DNA from: Deltaproteobacteria bacterium
GTDB taxonomy: Bacteria > Desulfobacterota > GWC2-55-46
Length of the DNA: 64,000 bases
Direction: 5' to 3'
Assembly (NCBI GenBank): GCA_016177845.1
Contig: JACOUO010000011.1
Coordinates: 128,326 to 192,325, forward strand
Positions within the stretch are counted from its first letter, which is position 1, and every line of letters starts with the position of its first letter. The position numbers and the translations under genes were made by a program. Shown here piece by piece: positions 47,352 to 56,252 of this stretch. The notes under the pieces are model-generated. The model made no database searches. It was not told the DNA's origin and was given only the letters and a program-made list of their open reading frames with translations.

Positions 47352-48299
47352 ATGAAAAGAATAAACACCTCTAATATACTCCTCTATGTAATCTTTATTT
47401 TACTGCCACTTACCCTTATTGCAGGCAACCAGTTCTGGACATCGAAAAAGGCCTCGCCCAACAAGAGATCCGAAGTCTCTGCAGCTGCTTTAGGTGATAA
47501 GATATTCGTTATCGGGGGCTACAGAATGCTGGGGGCCACTGACCTTGTCGAGGTATATGACTCAAAGACTGACACATGGTCTGAGGCAGCAGACCTGCCT
47601 ACGGCGCTCCACCATACTGCCGCGGCAGAGGTCAACGGAAGGGTCTATGTGATTGGAGGCTTTAAGGGGCTTTTAAGCTGGTCTCCTGTAAATACTGTCT
47701 ACGAATATGTCCCATCAGAAGATAAGTGGATAGCGAAAGCTCCCATGCCGACATCAAGGGGCGCGCTTGCCGCCTCTGTGGTCGATGGAAAGATATATGC
47801 CATCGGAGGAATGGGCAAGGAAGGGGATGTGGACTCAAATGAGGTCTATGACCCAATAGAGGATAAATGGGAGAAGAGATCGCCCATGCCGACCGCGAGA
47901 GACCACCTTGCGGCAGCTGAAGTAAACGGAAGGATATACGCCGTAGGAGGCAGGGTAGAGACTTATAATAAAAACCTAAATGTCAATGAGGAGTATGACC
48001 CTGCAGATGACTCCTGGCATAAGTCAGTTCCCATGCCAACGAAACGAAGCGGCATAGCAGCCGCGTCTTTGAAGGGCAAGGTATATGTATTCGGGGGAGA
48101 GGCACCCGAAGGCACTTACAATGCGGTCGAGGAGTATGAACCGAAGGCAAACATATGGAGAAAACTTCCCGCAATGCCTACCTCAAGGCACGGGCTTGGT
48201 GCAGCAGCGGTCGGCAATGAAATATACGTGATAGATGGAGGAACCCGGACAGGGGCCTCCTTCAGCGGTTTGAACGAGGTCTTTAATCCCCTTAAGTAA
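47352..48299 (+). CDS. Exported Kelch-repeat beta-propeller protein
   Basis: N-terminal hydrophobic segment; six R......G.(I/V)Y..GG....E.YDP....W repeats. Confidence 0.9.
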   Translation: MKRINTSNILLYVIFILLPLTLIAGNQFWTSKKASPNKRSEVSAAALGDKIFVIGGYRMLGATDLVEVYDSKTDTWSEAADLPTALHHTAAAEVNGRVYVIGGFKGLLSWSPVNTVYEYVPSEDKWIAKAPMPTSRGALAASVVDGKIYAIGGMGKEGDVDSNEVYDPIEDKWEKRSPMPTARDHLAAAEVNGRIYAVGGRVETYNKNLNVNEEYDPADDSWHKSVPMPTKRSGIAAASLKGKVYVFGGEAPEGTYNAVEEYEPKANIWRKLPAMPTSRHGLGAAAVGNEIYVIDGGTRTGASFSGLNEVFNPLK

Positions 48300-48308
48300 G
48301 GCAAAATC

Positions 48309-49289
48309 ATGGACCTGTTATTTCTTGGCGATGTTATGCTCGGAAGGCTCGTCAATCGGATGCTTGAGAAAAAAACTCCCGAATACCCTTGGGGTGATAC
48401 GCTTCCTCTTATCAGAAAAGCAGATTTGAGGGTTTGCAATTTAGAATGCGTTATCTCTGATTTCGGCGTTCCGTGGTCTGCTACTCCAAAGGTCTTTCAC
48501 TTCCGCACAGATGAGAAAAATGTCAAATGCCTCAAAGCGGCAGGCATTGACATCGTATCCCTTGCCAATAACCATGTACTCGATTTCGAGTACGATGCCC
48601 TGACAGGGATGCTCTCTATACTCGACAGGGAGGGTGTTGTACATGCAGGTGCAGGCAATAATATAAAAGAGGCCTCTCAGCCCGCAACGATAAGCATAGA
48701 CGGGCTTAAGGTAGCGTTGGTGGCCTTTACCGATAATGAGCCGTCATGGGAAGCGCAGGACAGCCTTCCGGGCGTATTGTTCTGTCCTATTGACATAAAA
48801 GACGAGCGGGCGAAAAGTGTCTTTGAGATTGTAAGGCAGACCAAGGCCAAGGTAGACCTTGTCATTGCTTCAGCCCATTGGGGGCCGAACTGGGGGTACA
48901 GGCCAAGGCCAAAGCACATTCCTTTTGCCCATGCCCTGATAGATGCAGGGGCGGATATTGTTTTCGGCCATTCGTGCCATGTGTTTCATGGCATTGAGAT
49001 ATATAAGAAAAGGCCGATAATCTACAGCGCGGGGGATTTTATCGATGATTACGCCGTAGATGAGATAGAAAGGAATGATGAGTCTTTTATCTTCATTGTA
49101 CATACCGAAGGGAAAAGGATTACGGGGCTGACATTGCATCCCACTATCATCTCTGAATTTCAGGCCTCGATGGCATGGGTCCCAAGGGCAGAGCTGATAT
49201 CTGCAAAGATGAAGAATCTGTGCTCTGAGTTCGGCACTAAGGCTGAGTGGAACGGGAAAAGGCACTGCCTGAAGGTCGAAGTAAGCTAA
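48309..49289 (+). CDS. CapA-family metallophosphatase-like protein
   Basis: GDVMLGR, NLEC, LANNH..D, HWG, GHSCH, YSAGDF. Confidence 0.88.
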   Translation: MDLLFLGDVMLGRLVNRMLEKKTPEYPWGDTLPLIRKADLRVCNLECVISDFGVPWSATPKVFHFRTDEKNVKCLKAAGIDIVSLANNHVLDFEYDALTGMLSILDREGVVHAGAGNNIKEASQPATISIDGLKVALVAFTDNEPSWEAQDSLPGVLFCPIDIKDERAKSVFEIVRQTKAKVDLVIASAHWGPNWGYRPRPKHIPFAHALIDAGADIVFGHSCHVFHGIEIYKKRPIIYSAGDFIDDYAVDEIERNDESFIFIVHTEGKRITGLTLHPTIISEFQASMAWVPRAELISAKMKNLCSEFGTKAEWNGKRHCLKVEVS

Positions 49290-49382
49290 AAAGCTTGCTT
49301 TTTTTATGACGAAAATCATATAATATAAGCGTATTTCAAAGTATATTATAAATTGAAATTATATAAAAGGAGGGTTTCAAAG

Positions 49383-49598
49383 ATGCCTGATACAATTAGC
49401 GGAGATATGACCACCGGTGAAGTAACAACAAGGTGGCCGTCCACAAAAGAGGTATTTACCAAGCATTTCGGTTCAGGCTGTTTCTCATGTCCTGCGTTCG
49501 GCGGCGAGCCGATCTCAATGGCGTGCGCTATGCACAGCACTGATTTAAATATGTTTGTCGGGGAACTCAAGGAAGCAGCAAAAAGAGATCAGCCGTAA
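49383..49598 (+). CDS. DUF1858 small CxxC redox protein
   Basis: AGGAGG SD; DM..GEV...WP...EVF....GCFSCP....E.I..AC..H. Confidence 0.8.
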   Translation: MPDTISGDMTTGEVTTRWPSTKEVFTKHFGSGCFSCPAFGGEPISMACAMHSTDLNMFVGELKEAAKRDQP

Positions 49599-49621
49599 GA
49601 CAGACAGTTGTAATGACATTT

Positions 49622-49658
49622 AAAAGGGCAGGGGTTTTAGTTATCCCTGCCCTTTTTT
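49622..49658. terminator. Bidirectional terminator between convergent genes
   Basis: AAAAGGGCAGGG...CCCTGCCCTTTTTT. Confidence 0.8.
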
Positions 49659-49661
49659 AGT

Positions 49662-50897
49662 TTAAAGAAAGTTGTTCTGCGCAAGCTTTTCATAGATTAG
49701 CGCAAGCTCTTCATTGAGCCTTTTTATGTCATACTTCTTTTCAACGAACTGCCTGCCCTGCCTGCCCATCTCAGGCCATATATCTGGATGCTCGATAAGG
49801 TATTCCATCCTCTCGGCAAGCGCCTCTATATTCTTCTCAGGCACAAGGTATCCTGATTTGCAGTCAAGCACGCCTTCAGGCACTCCGTTATGAATTGTAG
49901 AGAGCACAGGCATGCCTGTTGCCTGGGCCTCCTGCAGAACAAGCGCCTGGCCCTCCCTGTCCTCATCGGTTGCGGTAATGCTCGGAAGCAGAAAGATGTG
50001 GCAGTCGTGGTAGAGCCTTATGACCTCATCCTCCCTGACCTCACTTAAAAAAACTACATTTTCCTGCAATCCCAGCTCGGCTACGAGAGCTTCAAGGCGC
50101 TTTTTTAAAGGCCCATCCCCTGCGATGTAGTAAACGACATTCGGGTGCTTCTGCGCCACTTTGGCAAGGGCCCTTATGCCGTATTCATGCCCTTTCTTCT
50201 CAACAAGCCTGCCAATGGTCAGGAACTTTACCGCCTCTCCGTGAGCATGCCTTCTTTTCAGGAATTCAAACCGTTCTATTTTAAATCCTACGGGCAGGGT
50301 GACTATCTTACCCTCATCGCAACCGAGGTTTACTACCTGATGCTTCGTAAAATTTGTGTTGACCGTAAACAGGTCGCCTCTTCTGAAGAGGTCGTCATAA
50401 TAGTTGCTGCTTGCCTTTTTGGGCAGGCTGTTTACATCGTAGCCGTGGAATGTCGTAATGTATTTCCCTGTAAAACCGAGTTCTTTCAGACTTATTGCCA
50501 ATGCCCCGTTTATGCCGAAGTGGCAGTGTGTTATGTCGAAGTTCTTTCCGATGAACGGGATGACTATGTAGAGCATCTTGAGCGACATCGCTTTTTTGCC
50601 GTACTTGAACACATTTACGGATTTTAGTATCAGGCGCGGGTCTTTGTGAAAATTCTTTGCGATGAGATAGATGGCTTTAAGGGAACGCCAAAGCCTGTTC
50701 TCCGGCGTGCTGAAAAAATGAGTGCGCTCCATCAGGCGGTACTTTTTAACATCAGGATGTATCTTATGCTCCTTTGAGTTTTTGTATTCGGCAAAGATCT
50801 CGACATCATACCCCATATCCAAAAGACCTGTTATCTGGTTTGTAATAAAAGTCTCGGATAATTTCGGAAAGGTGCTGACTACAAAAGCTATTTTCAT
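49662..50897 (-). CDS. Glycosyltransferase family 4, WcaL/AmsK-like
   Basis: FP.LSETFI.NQI, HCHFG, TFHGYD, GRLVEKKG, EG...VL.EAQA.G.PV. Confidence 0.9.
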   Translation of the reverse strand: MKIAFVVSTFPKLSETFITNQITGLLDMGYDVEIFAEYKNSKEHKIHPDVKKYRLMERTHFFSTPENRLWRSLKAIYLIAKNFHKDPRLILKSVNVFKYGKKAMSLKMLYIVIPFIGKNFDITHCHFGINGALAISLKELGFTGKYITTFHGYDVNSLPKKASSNYYDDLFRRGDLFTVNTNFTKHQVVNLGCDEGKIVTLPVGFKIERFEFLKRRHAHGEAVKFLTIGRLVEKKGHEYGIRALAKVAQKHPNVVYYIAGDGPLKKRLEALVAELGLQENVVFLSEVREDEVIRLYHDCHIFLLPSITATDEDREGQALVLQEAQATGMPVLSTIHNGVPEGVLDCKSGYLVPEKNIEALAERMEYLIEHPDIWPEMGRQGRQFVEKKYDIKRLNEELALIYEKLAQNNFL

Positions 50898-51006
50898 GTT
50901 TTTTTCTCATTGCTGTTTAATAGGTTATTGTATTTTTAAAACCCCAGATAATCCTCCCTGTTTTGATTATTTATTAATTCTTCCCAAAGTCAAATCAGCC
51001 CTGAAT

Positions 51007-51042
51007 TGTTTCAAAACAGAAAAATGTTTCTCAAGTGAAACA
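51007..51042. promoter_or_regulatory. Tandem palindromic enhancer (UAS) sites, consensus TGTTTC-N6-GAAACA
   Basis: TGTTTC-AAAACA-GAAAAA directly followed by TGTTTC-TCAAGT-GAAACA; recurs at 51836-51872; weaker site at 51093-51109. Confidence 0.7.
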
Positions 51043-51155
51043 TTTATACAACTATTTGATTTTTAATATGATTTTTAGAACTAATTCGATGATGTTTCAG
51101 ATTGGAACAAACACAAAAGCAGGGCGGAATTATCTGTTCTTAAATATTGTAAATA

Positions 51156-51168
51156 AATCAAGAGGTTA
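51156..51168 (+). promoter_or_regulatory. IHF binding site
   Basis: AATCAA-GAGG-TTA matches WATCAA-N4-TTR; AT-rich tract upstream; lies between UAS and -24/-12. Confidence 0.65.
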
Positions 51169-51185
51169 GCTGTCTTTAAGGGTGT

Positions 51186-51201
51186 TGGCACGCTTCTTGT
51201 A
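51186..51201 (+). promoter_or_regulatory. Sigma54 (-24/-12) promoter
   Basis: TGGCACG-CTTC-TTGTA vs consensus TGGCACG-N4-TTGCW (one mismatch at -12). Confidence 0.7.
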
Positions 51202-51255
51202 TTATACCAGTGCAAGGCAACTGAGATGCTTTGATGGAACAAGGAGGTGAACAAC

Positions 51256-51360
51256 ATGAAGGATATGGTTTTCAGTAAGGAAGTATTGGTGCTGTTGTTT
51301 GGGGTCATATCGCTGGTTATAGCGGGTTTTGCTCAGGCCGCAAGAGGAATGATCTTTTAA
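51256..51360 (+). CDS. 34-aa hydrophobic micro-protein A
   Basis: AAGGAGGTG SD; MKDMVFSKEVLVLLFGVISLVIAGFAQAARGMIF. Confidence 0.65.
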   Translation: MKDMVFSKEVLVLLFGVISLVIAGFAQAARGMIF

Positions 51361-51419
51361 GGGTGTTTTAATGCTGAAATTATAAAATGTAGCTGTTGAC
51401 GCGCAGAAAGGAGGTTCAT

Positions 51420-51512
51420 ATGAAAGAGAGGTTCACCAAATTCAATCTCATAGAAGTGGCTGTCCATATCACCATAGCACTGCTTATCTTCACAAATTTA
51501 GCAAACTGGTAG
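51420..51512 (+). CDS. 30-aa hydrophobic micro-protein B
   Basis: AAGGAGGT SD; MKERFTKFNLIEVAVHITIALLIFTNLANW. Confidence 0.65.
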   Translation: MKERFTKFNLIEVAVHITIALLIFTNLANW

Positions 51513-51565
51513 GAAAAGGATTTTAGGTTAAAAAACATATTTAAAACATCGGAAGGAGGCTCTTT

Positions 51566-51694
51566 ATGAACAACAACATAAACAACATTGACAGGGAACT
51601 GAAAATAATCTGCAACATCATAGCTTTCGGGCTTATTTCAGCTTTTGCAGCCTCCGCCGCAGTATTGTCTTGCAGCTCACTTTTTAAAATATAA
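51566..51694 (+). CDS. 42-aa hydrophobic micro-protein C
   Basis: AAGGAGG SD; MNNNINNIDRELKIICNIIAFGLISAFAASAAVLSCSSLFKI. Confidence 0.6.
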   Translation: MNNNINNIDRELKIICNIIAFGLISAFAASAAVLSCSSLFKI

Positions 51695-51788
51695 CCCCGG
51701 AAATAAGCCGCCATTTACAGGGCGGATAATATAAAGCTTTAAACCCAAAACCATACCCCTCCAATTATCCTCGGCAAACCTACACGGA

Positions 51789-51817
51789 CCCTCATCAGGC
51801 TGCATACCTGATGAGGG
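51789..51817. repeat. Perfect 11-bp inverted repeat
   Basis: CCCTCATCAGG-CTGCATA-CCTGATGAGGG, no U-tract. Confidence 0.8.
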
Positions 51818-51835
51818 GAGCCTGTCCCTTGAAAA

Positions 51836-51909
51836 TGTTTCAAAACAGCAACAATGTTTCCATAGTGAAATGATTTCTCTTGACCATTCCATGTTTTTTA
51901 AATTAGAAT
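51836..51909 (+). promoter_or_regulatory. Second UAS pair next to a sigma70-type promoter of the activator gene
   Basis: TGTTTC-AAAACA-GCAACA-A-TGTTTC-CATAGT-GAAATG, then TTGACC-N18-TAGAAT. Confidence 0.6.
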
Positions 51910-51931
51910 CAAAGTACCTGGAGGGGTATTT

Positions 51932-53326
51932 ATGCCTGAAGATATAGTTAAAATGAGTGAAGAAAGTAATCTCAAGCCTCAACAGTATGACATGCACAAG
52001 TATCTTGAGGTAAACAGCGACACCATTCTCAACAGCATTGCAGACGGAGTGGTTGTTATCGGGCTAAACCATAATATACTCTTTGTGAACCGTGCCGCAA
52101 AAGAGATATTGGGGCGGGCAGAAGCGGAAGACCTGCTTGGCGGAGCCAAGTGCAGGGATTTGATGGGACACTCAGGGTGCACCTTCGGATGCCTTCTCAA
52201 TAACACCATCAAGACCGGACAGCATGTTTATAATTATGAAGTGACCTTTGAACGGGGCGATAAGACCATAATCTTAAGCATCAATACTGCCTTACTTAAA
52301 GACAAGGACAACAACACCATAGGCGGCATTGAGATATTCAGGGATGTATCGCTTATAAAAGAGCTTAAGGACGAGCTTAAAGGCAAGTATTCGTTCACCA
52401 ACATAATCGGCAAGAACCACCGCATGCACGAGGTCTTCGAGCTTCTGCACGAGGTCGCCCCAACAAAGGCAACGGTACTCATCCACGGAGAGACAGGCAC
52501 AGGCAAGGAGCTTATAGCCAATGCCATCCACCATAACTCACCAAGGAGCAGTGGGCCGTTTATAAAGGTCAACTGCGCAGCCCTCTCTGATAACCTCCTT
52601 GAGAGCGAGCTGTTCGGCCATGTCAAAGGCGCATTCACAGGCGCCATTGCAGATAAGGCAGGCAGGTTTGAGCTTGCGGACGGCGGCACAATCTTCCTTG
52701 ACGAGGTAGGCGATGTCAGCCCGCAGATGCAGGCAAAGATACTGCGCGTGCTGCAGGAAGGGGAATTTGAAAGGGTAGGGGGCACAAAGACCCAGAAGGT
52801 CAATGTAAGGGTTGTAACCGCAACCAACAAGGACCTCAAGGCCGCGGTTGAAAAGGGCGAGTTCAGGGAGGACCTTTACTACAGGCTTAAAGTAGTTCCC
52901 ATTCAGCTCCCCGCGCTTCGGGAGAGGAAAGACGATATACCGCTTCTGGTAAAGTATTTCATCGAGAAGTTCAACAAAGAGATGGGCGCAGGCATCACAA
53001 ATATCTCGCCCGCGGCAATGGAGCGGCTTATGGAATACGATTACCCGGGCAACATCAGGGAGCTTGAGCATATTATCGAGCACGCATTTGTAAGGTGCTC
53101 AGGCAAGACTTTAAACCCGGAGCATCTGCCAAAAGACCTGCAGAACAATAGCATAATCGGCAAGGTCATCAACAACTCAGAGCCCTTAAAGGCTCTTGAA
53201 AAGGAGATGATACTTAAGGGCCTGGACGAGACGGATTGGAAGTACAACGAATGCGCCAAAAAACTTAAGATGAGCAGGACGACCCTGTGGCGCAGGATGA
53301 AGGAGTTTAACATAGATAAGAGATAA
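51932..53326 (+). CDS. PAS-domain sigma54-dependent activator (PAS-AAA+-Fis HTH)
   Basis: [13 protein letters not shown] start, [54 protein letters not shown]. Confidence 0.95.
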   Translation: MPEDIVKMSEESNLKPQQYDMHKYLEVNSDTILNSIADGVVVIGLNHNILFVNRAAKEILGRAEAEDLLGGAKCRDLMGHSGCTFGCLLNNTIKTGQHVYNYEVTFERGDKTIILSINTALLKDKDNNTIGGIEIFRDVSLIKELKDELKGKYSFTNIIGKNHRMHEVFELLHEVAPTKATVLIHGETGTGKELIANAIHHNSPRSSGPFIKVNCAALSDNLLESELFGHVKGAFTGAIADKAGRFELADGGTIFLDEVGDVSPQMQAKILRVLQEGEFERVGGTKTQKVNVRVVTATNKDLKAAVEKGEFREDLYYRLKVVPIQLPALRERKDDIPLLVKYFIEKFNKEMGAGITNISPAAMERLMEYDYPGNIRELEHIIEHAFVRCSGKTLNPEHLPKDLQNNSIIGKVINNSEPLKALEKEMILKGLDETDWKYNECAKKLKMSRTTLWRRMKEFNIDKR

Positions 53327-53406
53327 TCGGGTTCCCCCATCTCTGCCCTCCTTGACAATCATACCTCTATGACCAAGAATTATAGGAAGGTTAAAAACGG
53401 AGGGGT

Positions 53407-54414
53407 ATGATGAAGATCGCCGTCTTTGAGGTCGAGGAGTGGGAAAGGCCTGTCTTTGAAAGGGTGGACTCAGGCCATGAGATAAAATTCACATCTGATA
53501 AGCTTACCCTTGCAAATGCCGATGAGTTCTCCGATGCAGAAGTCCTCTCTACATTCATCTATTCTACCCTCAATTCCGCCATATTAAGTAAATTTACTAA
53601 ACTCAAGCTCATTGCTACCCGCTCCACGGGGTTTGACCATGTGGATGCGGTTTACTGTAAAGAGCATGGCATAATGGTGGCCAATGTGCCGACATACGGG
53701 GAAAATACCGTTGCCGAGCATGTCTTCGCCCTTATCCTCTCAATCAGCCATAACATGGTAGAGTCCATTGAAAGGACGCGGAAAGGTGATTTTTCACTTC
53801 AGGGGCTTAAGGGGTTTGACATAAGGGGAAAGACCCTTGGGGTCTTTGGCACAGGGCACATCGGCAGGTGCGTAATCGAGATAGCCAAAGGCTTCCGAAT
53901 GGATGTGCTTGCCTTTGACCTATACCCGAACCTGGAGTATGCGGCAGACCTTGGCTTCAGGTACGGGACAGTTGAAGAGGTGCTGTCGAAATCCGATATC
54001 ATCACTCTCCATCTGCCCGCAAATGCCGCAACGCATAACTTCCTCTCGGCTCCCCAGTTCGAGATGATGAAAAAAGGTGTAGTCATCATAAATACCGGCA
54101 GGGGTACTCTTATTGACATACACGCGCTCCTTCACGCTATCGCAGGCGGAAAGGTTGCGGCTGTCGGGCTTGATGTGCTGCCCGAAGAGCCTGTGATAAG
54201 GGAAGAGGCTGAGCTCCTTCGCTCAATCACCCAGAAACTCCCTCTTGAGACCTTGCTTGCCGACCATATACTCCTGAGGCTTAGAAATGTCATTATCACG
54301 CCTCATTCGGCTTTTTATACGAAGGAGGCGGTAGAGCGTATACTTTATACTACCGTTGACAATATAAAATCATTTATAATGGGCAATCCTCAGAATATCG
54401 TAATAGGAAAATAG
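53407..54414 (+). CDS. D-isomer-specific 2-hydroxyacid (D-lactate-like) dehydrogenase
   Basis: RSTGFDH, VAEH, GVFGTGHIG, INTGRG, GLDVL.EE, TPHSAF. Confidence 0.9.
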   Translation: MMKIAVFEVEEWERPVFERVDSGHEIKFTSDKLTLANADEFSDAEVLSTFIYSTLNSAILSKFTKLKLIATRSTGFDHVDAVYCKEHGIMVANVPTYGENTVAEHVFALILSISHNMVESIERTRKGDFSLQGLKGFDIRGKTLGVFGTGHIGRCVIEIAKGFRMDVLAFDLYPNLEYAADLGFRYGTVEEVLSKSDIITLHLPANAATHNFLSAPQFEMMKKGVVIINTGRGTLIDIHALLHAIAGGKVAAVGLDVLPEEPVIREEAELLRSITQKLPLETLLADHILLRLRNVIITPHSAFYTKEAVERILYTTVDNIKSFIMGNPQNIVIGK

Positions 54415-54434
54415 AAAGGAAATTTTTGTAATTC

Positions 54435-55310
54435 ATGGACACCCTCGTAAAAGGACTTACCGATGAAGGACTCCTGGTATTCGGGCTTGTTGACACGGCT
54501 ACCGTTGAGAAGGCGCGCCTAATACACGGCACATATCCGACTGCCTCCGCTGCCTTGGGCAGGGTTATAAGCGGCTCGCTTCTCCTTGCGTCAACCCTTA
54601 AAGACAATCAGAAAGTCGAGTTGCAGGTTGCAGGCGACGGCCCGTTAAAAGAGATATTCGCTGAAGCTGACCCGCAGGGCAGGGTCAGGGGTTATGTAGC
54701 AAGGCCCCATGTCCAGCTTGAGCTTAAGAATAACAAACTCGATGTAGGCGGAGCAGTCGGAAAAGGCTTTCTGAATGTGCTTAAGAGCCTTGGTGGGCGA
54801 GAGCCTTACAGAGGAACAGTCACACTGCAGACAGGCGAGATTGCCGAAGACCTCGCATATTATCTAAGCACATCCGAGCAGGTGCCTTCAGCGGTTGCCC
54901 TCGGCGTTTATGTTGATACTGATAATTCTGTTAAAGCCGCAGGCGGCTACATGGTGCAGCCTCTGCCGGGCACGCCTGATGAGACCATAGATTACCTTGA
55001 GAACAGGCTTAAAACAGTTCGTCCCGTAAGCTCCATGATACTTGACGGCCTTGGCCCAAAAGAGATAATGAATGAGGCGGTGGGGCTTCCCATAAAGTTT
55101 ATTGATGAGATAAAGGTAAATTACTTCTGCCCATGCAGTAAAAGCAGGGTCTTGGATGCGGTGGCCGCGCTTGGCAAGGCAGATATTGAAGATTACATAA
55201 AAAAAGGCGAATCAGTGGAAGTGACCTGCAGGTTCTGCAAATCTTTTTACAAGATAAACCCCGAAGAGCTTGAAGAACTGCTCAAGAATACGCAGTGGCA
55301 GCCTAAATAA
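54435..55310 (+). CDS. hslO: Hsp33 redox-regulated chaperone
   Basis: H...PTASAALGR, GDGP, GEIAEDL.YY...SEQ.PS, CPC...CRFC. Confidence 0.95.
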   Translation: MDTLVKGLTDEGLLVFGLVDTATVEKARLIHGTYPTASAALGRVISGSLLLASTLKDNQKVELQVAGDGPLKEIFAEADPQGRVRGYVARPHVQLELKNNKLDVGGAVGKGFLNVLKSLGGREPYRGTVTLQTGEIAEDLAYYLSTSEQVPSAVALGVYVDTDNSVKAAGGYMVQPLPGTPDETIDYLENRLKTVRPVSSMILDGLGPKEIMNEAVGLPIKFIDEIKVNYFCPCSKSRVLDAVAALGKADIEDYIKKGESVEVTCRFCKSFYKINPEELEELLKNTQWQPK

Positions 55311-55314
55311 AAAA

Positions 55315-56139
55315 TCATCCGACAGCTTTTGGAGCTTTTTTAAGGCTTGGGTTTGCCTCGATTGCCTTGTTGTAATGCTCCATTGCCTCAGGCAGGAATG
55401 ACTCAAGCGCCTCTATCCTCTTTTCATCGCTCGGATGGGTGGAGAGAAGCTCAGGGCCGCCTCTTCCTCCTGCCTGCTCTGTCATCCTCTTCCAGAACTC
55501 AACCGCTGACTGCGGGTTATACCCTGCCTTTGCCATTATGATAAGCCCTATCCTGTCAGCCTCTGCCTCCTGCTTGCGGCTGTAAGGCAGCATTATGCCG
55601 ACCTTTGTCCCTATCCCGTAAGCTGAAAGCATGGCTTCCTGCGCGGCAGGGCTTCCGCCCAAAAGCCCCGACATAAGGGCAGCCTTTCCAATAGATATTA
55701 TACTCTGCTGTGAAAGCCTCTCAGCCCCGTGCCTTGCAAGCACATGGGAGACCTCATGCCCCATTACAACCGCGATACCGAACTCATCCTTGCATACGGG
55801 TAATATTCCCGTGTAGAAGGCCACCTTGCCGCCGGGCAGGGCAAAGGCGTTGGCGTCCTTATCTTCGATTACGACGAATTCCCATTGATAGTCAGGCTTG
55901 TCAGCGGCTTTAGCTATCCTTTGGCCGACCTCCTTTATGACGGAGTTTATCTGGGGGTCGCTATTGATGGTTGACTGCGCCTTTATCTGCTCAAAGGTGG
56001 CGTTTCCCATCTGCGTTTCATCTTCCTCAGAGAACATCATCACCTGCGTGCGTTCTGTATAGGGAACCTTCGTGCACCCGAGGGAAAAGACGAACAGCAA
56101 AAGTATTAAATTAAGGATATTCAGCTTTCTTTTAGCCAT
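55315..56139 (-). CDS. M48-family zinc metalloprotease lipoprotein
   Basis: Lipobox SLGC, NAFALPGG, HEVSH, YSR.QE.EAD..G, LSTHP. Confidence 0.93.
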   Translation of the reverse strand: MAKRKLNILNLILLLFVFSLGCTKVPYTERTQVMMFSEEDETQMGNATFEQIKAQSTINSDPQINSVIKEVGQRIAKAADKPDYQWEFVVIEDKDANAFALPGGKVAFYTGILPVCKDEFGIAVVMGHEVSHVLARHGAERLSQQSIISIGKAALMSGLLGGSPAAQEAMLSAYGIGTKVGIMLPYSRKQEAEADRIGLIIMAKAGYNPQSAVEFWKRMTEQAGGRGGPELLSTHPSDEKRIEALESFLPEAMEHYNKAIEANPSLKKAPKAVG

Positions 56140-56207
56140 ATATTAATCTTAGCAGAATTGAGAGTAGATGCTTGAGGGTGAATGATTTGGAAATTCGTTT
56201 TACAATT

Positions 56208-56236
56208 TTGACTCATTAATAATCTCCTTTTATACT
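56208..56236 (+). promoter_or_regulatory. Sigma70-type promoter
   Basis: TTGACT-N17-TATACT upstream of GGAGG SD. Confidence 0.65.
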
Positions 56237-56252
56237 TAGAGGGAGGTAAAAC

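Noticed and set aside
51420..51512. Micro-protein B as a prepilin (FNLIE resembles FTLIE)
   Set aside because: Residue -1 is Lys, not Gly/Ala/Ser, and there is no domain after the helix; kept only as a curiosity
33268..51694. Type I toxin-antitoxin assignment for the micro-ORFs
   Set aside because: No antisense transcription unit or SD-sequestering structure could be identified, and the promoters look activator-dependent; not excluded
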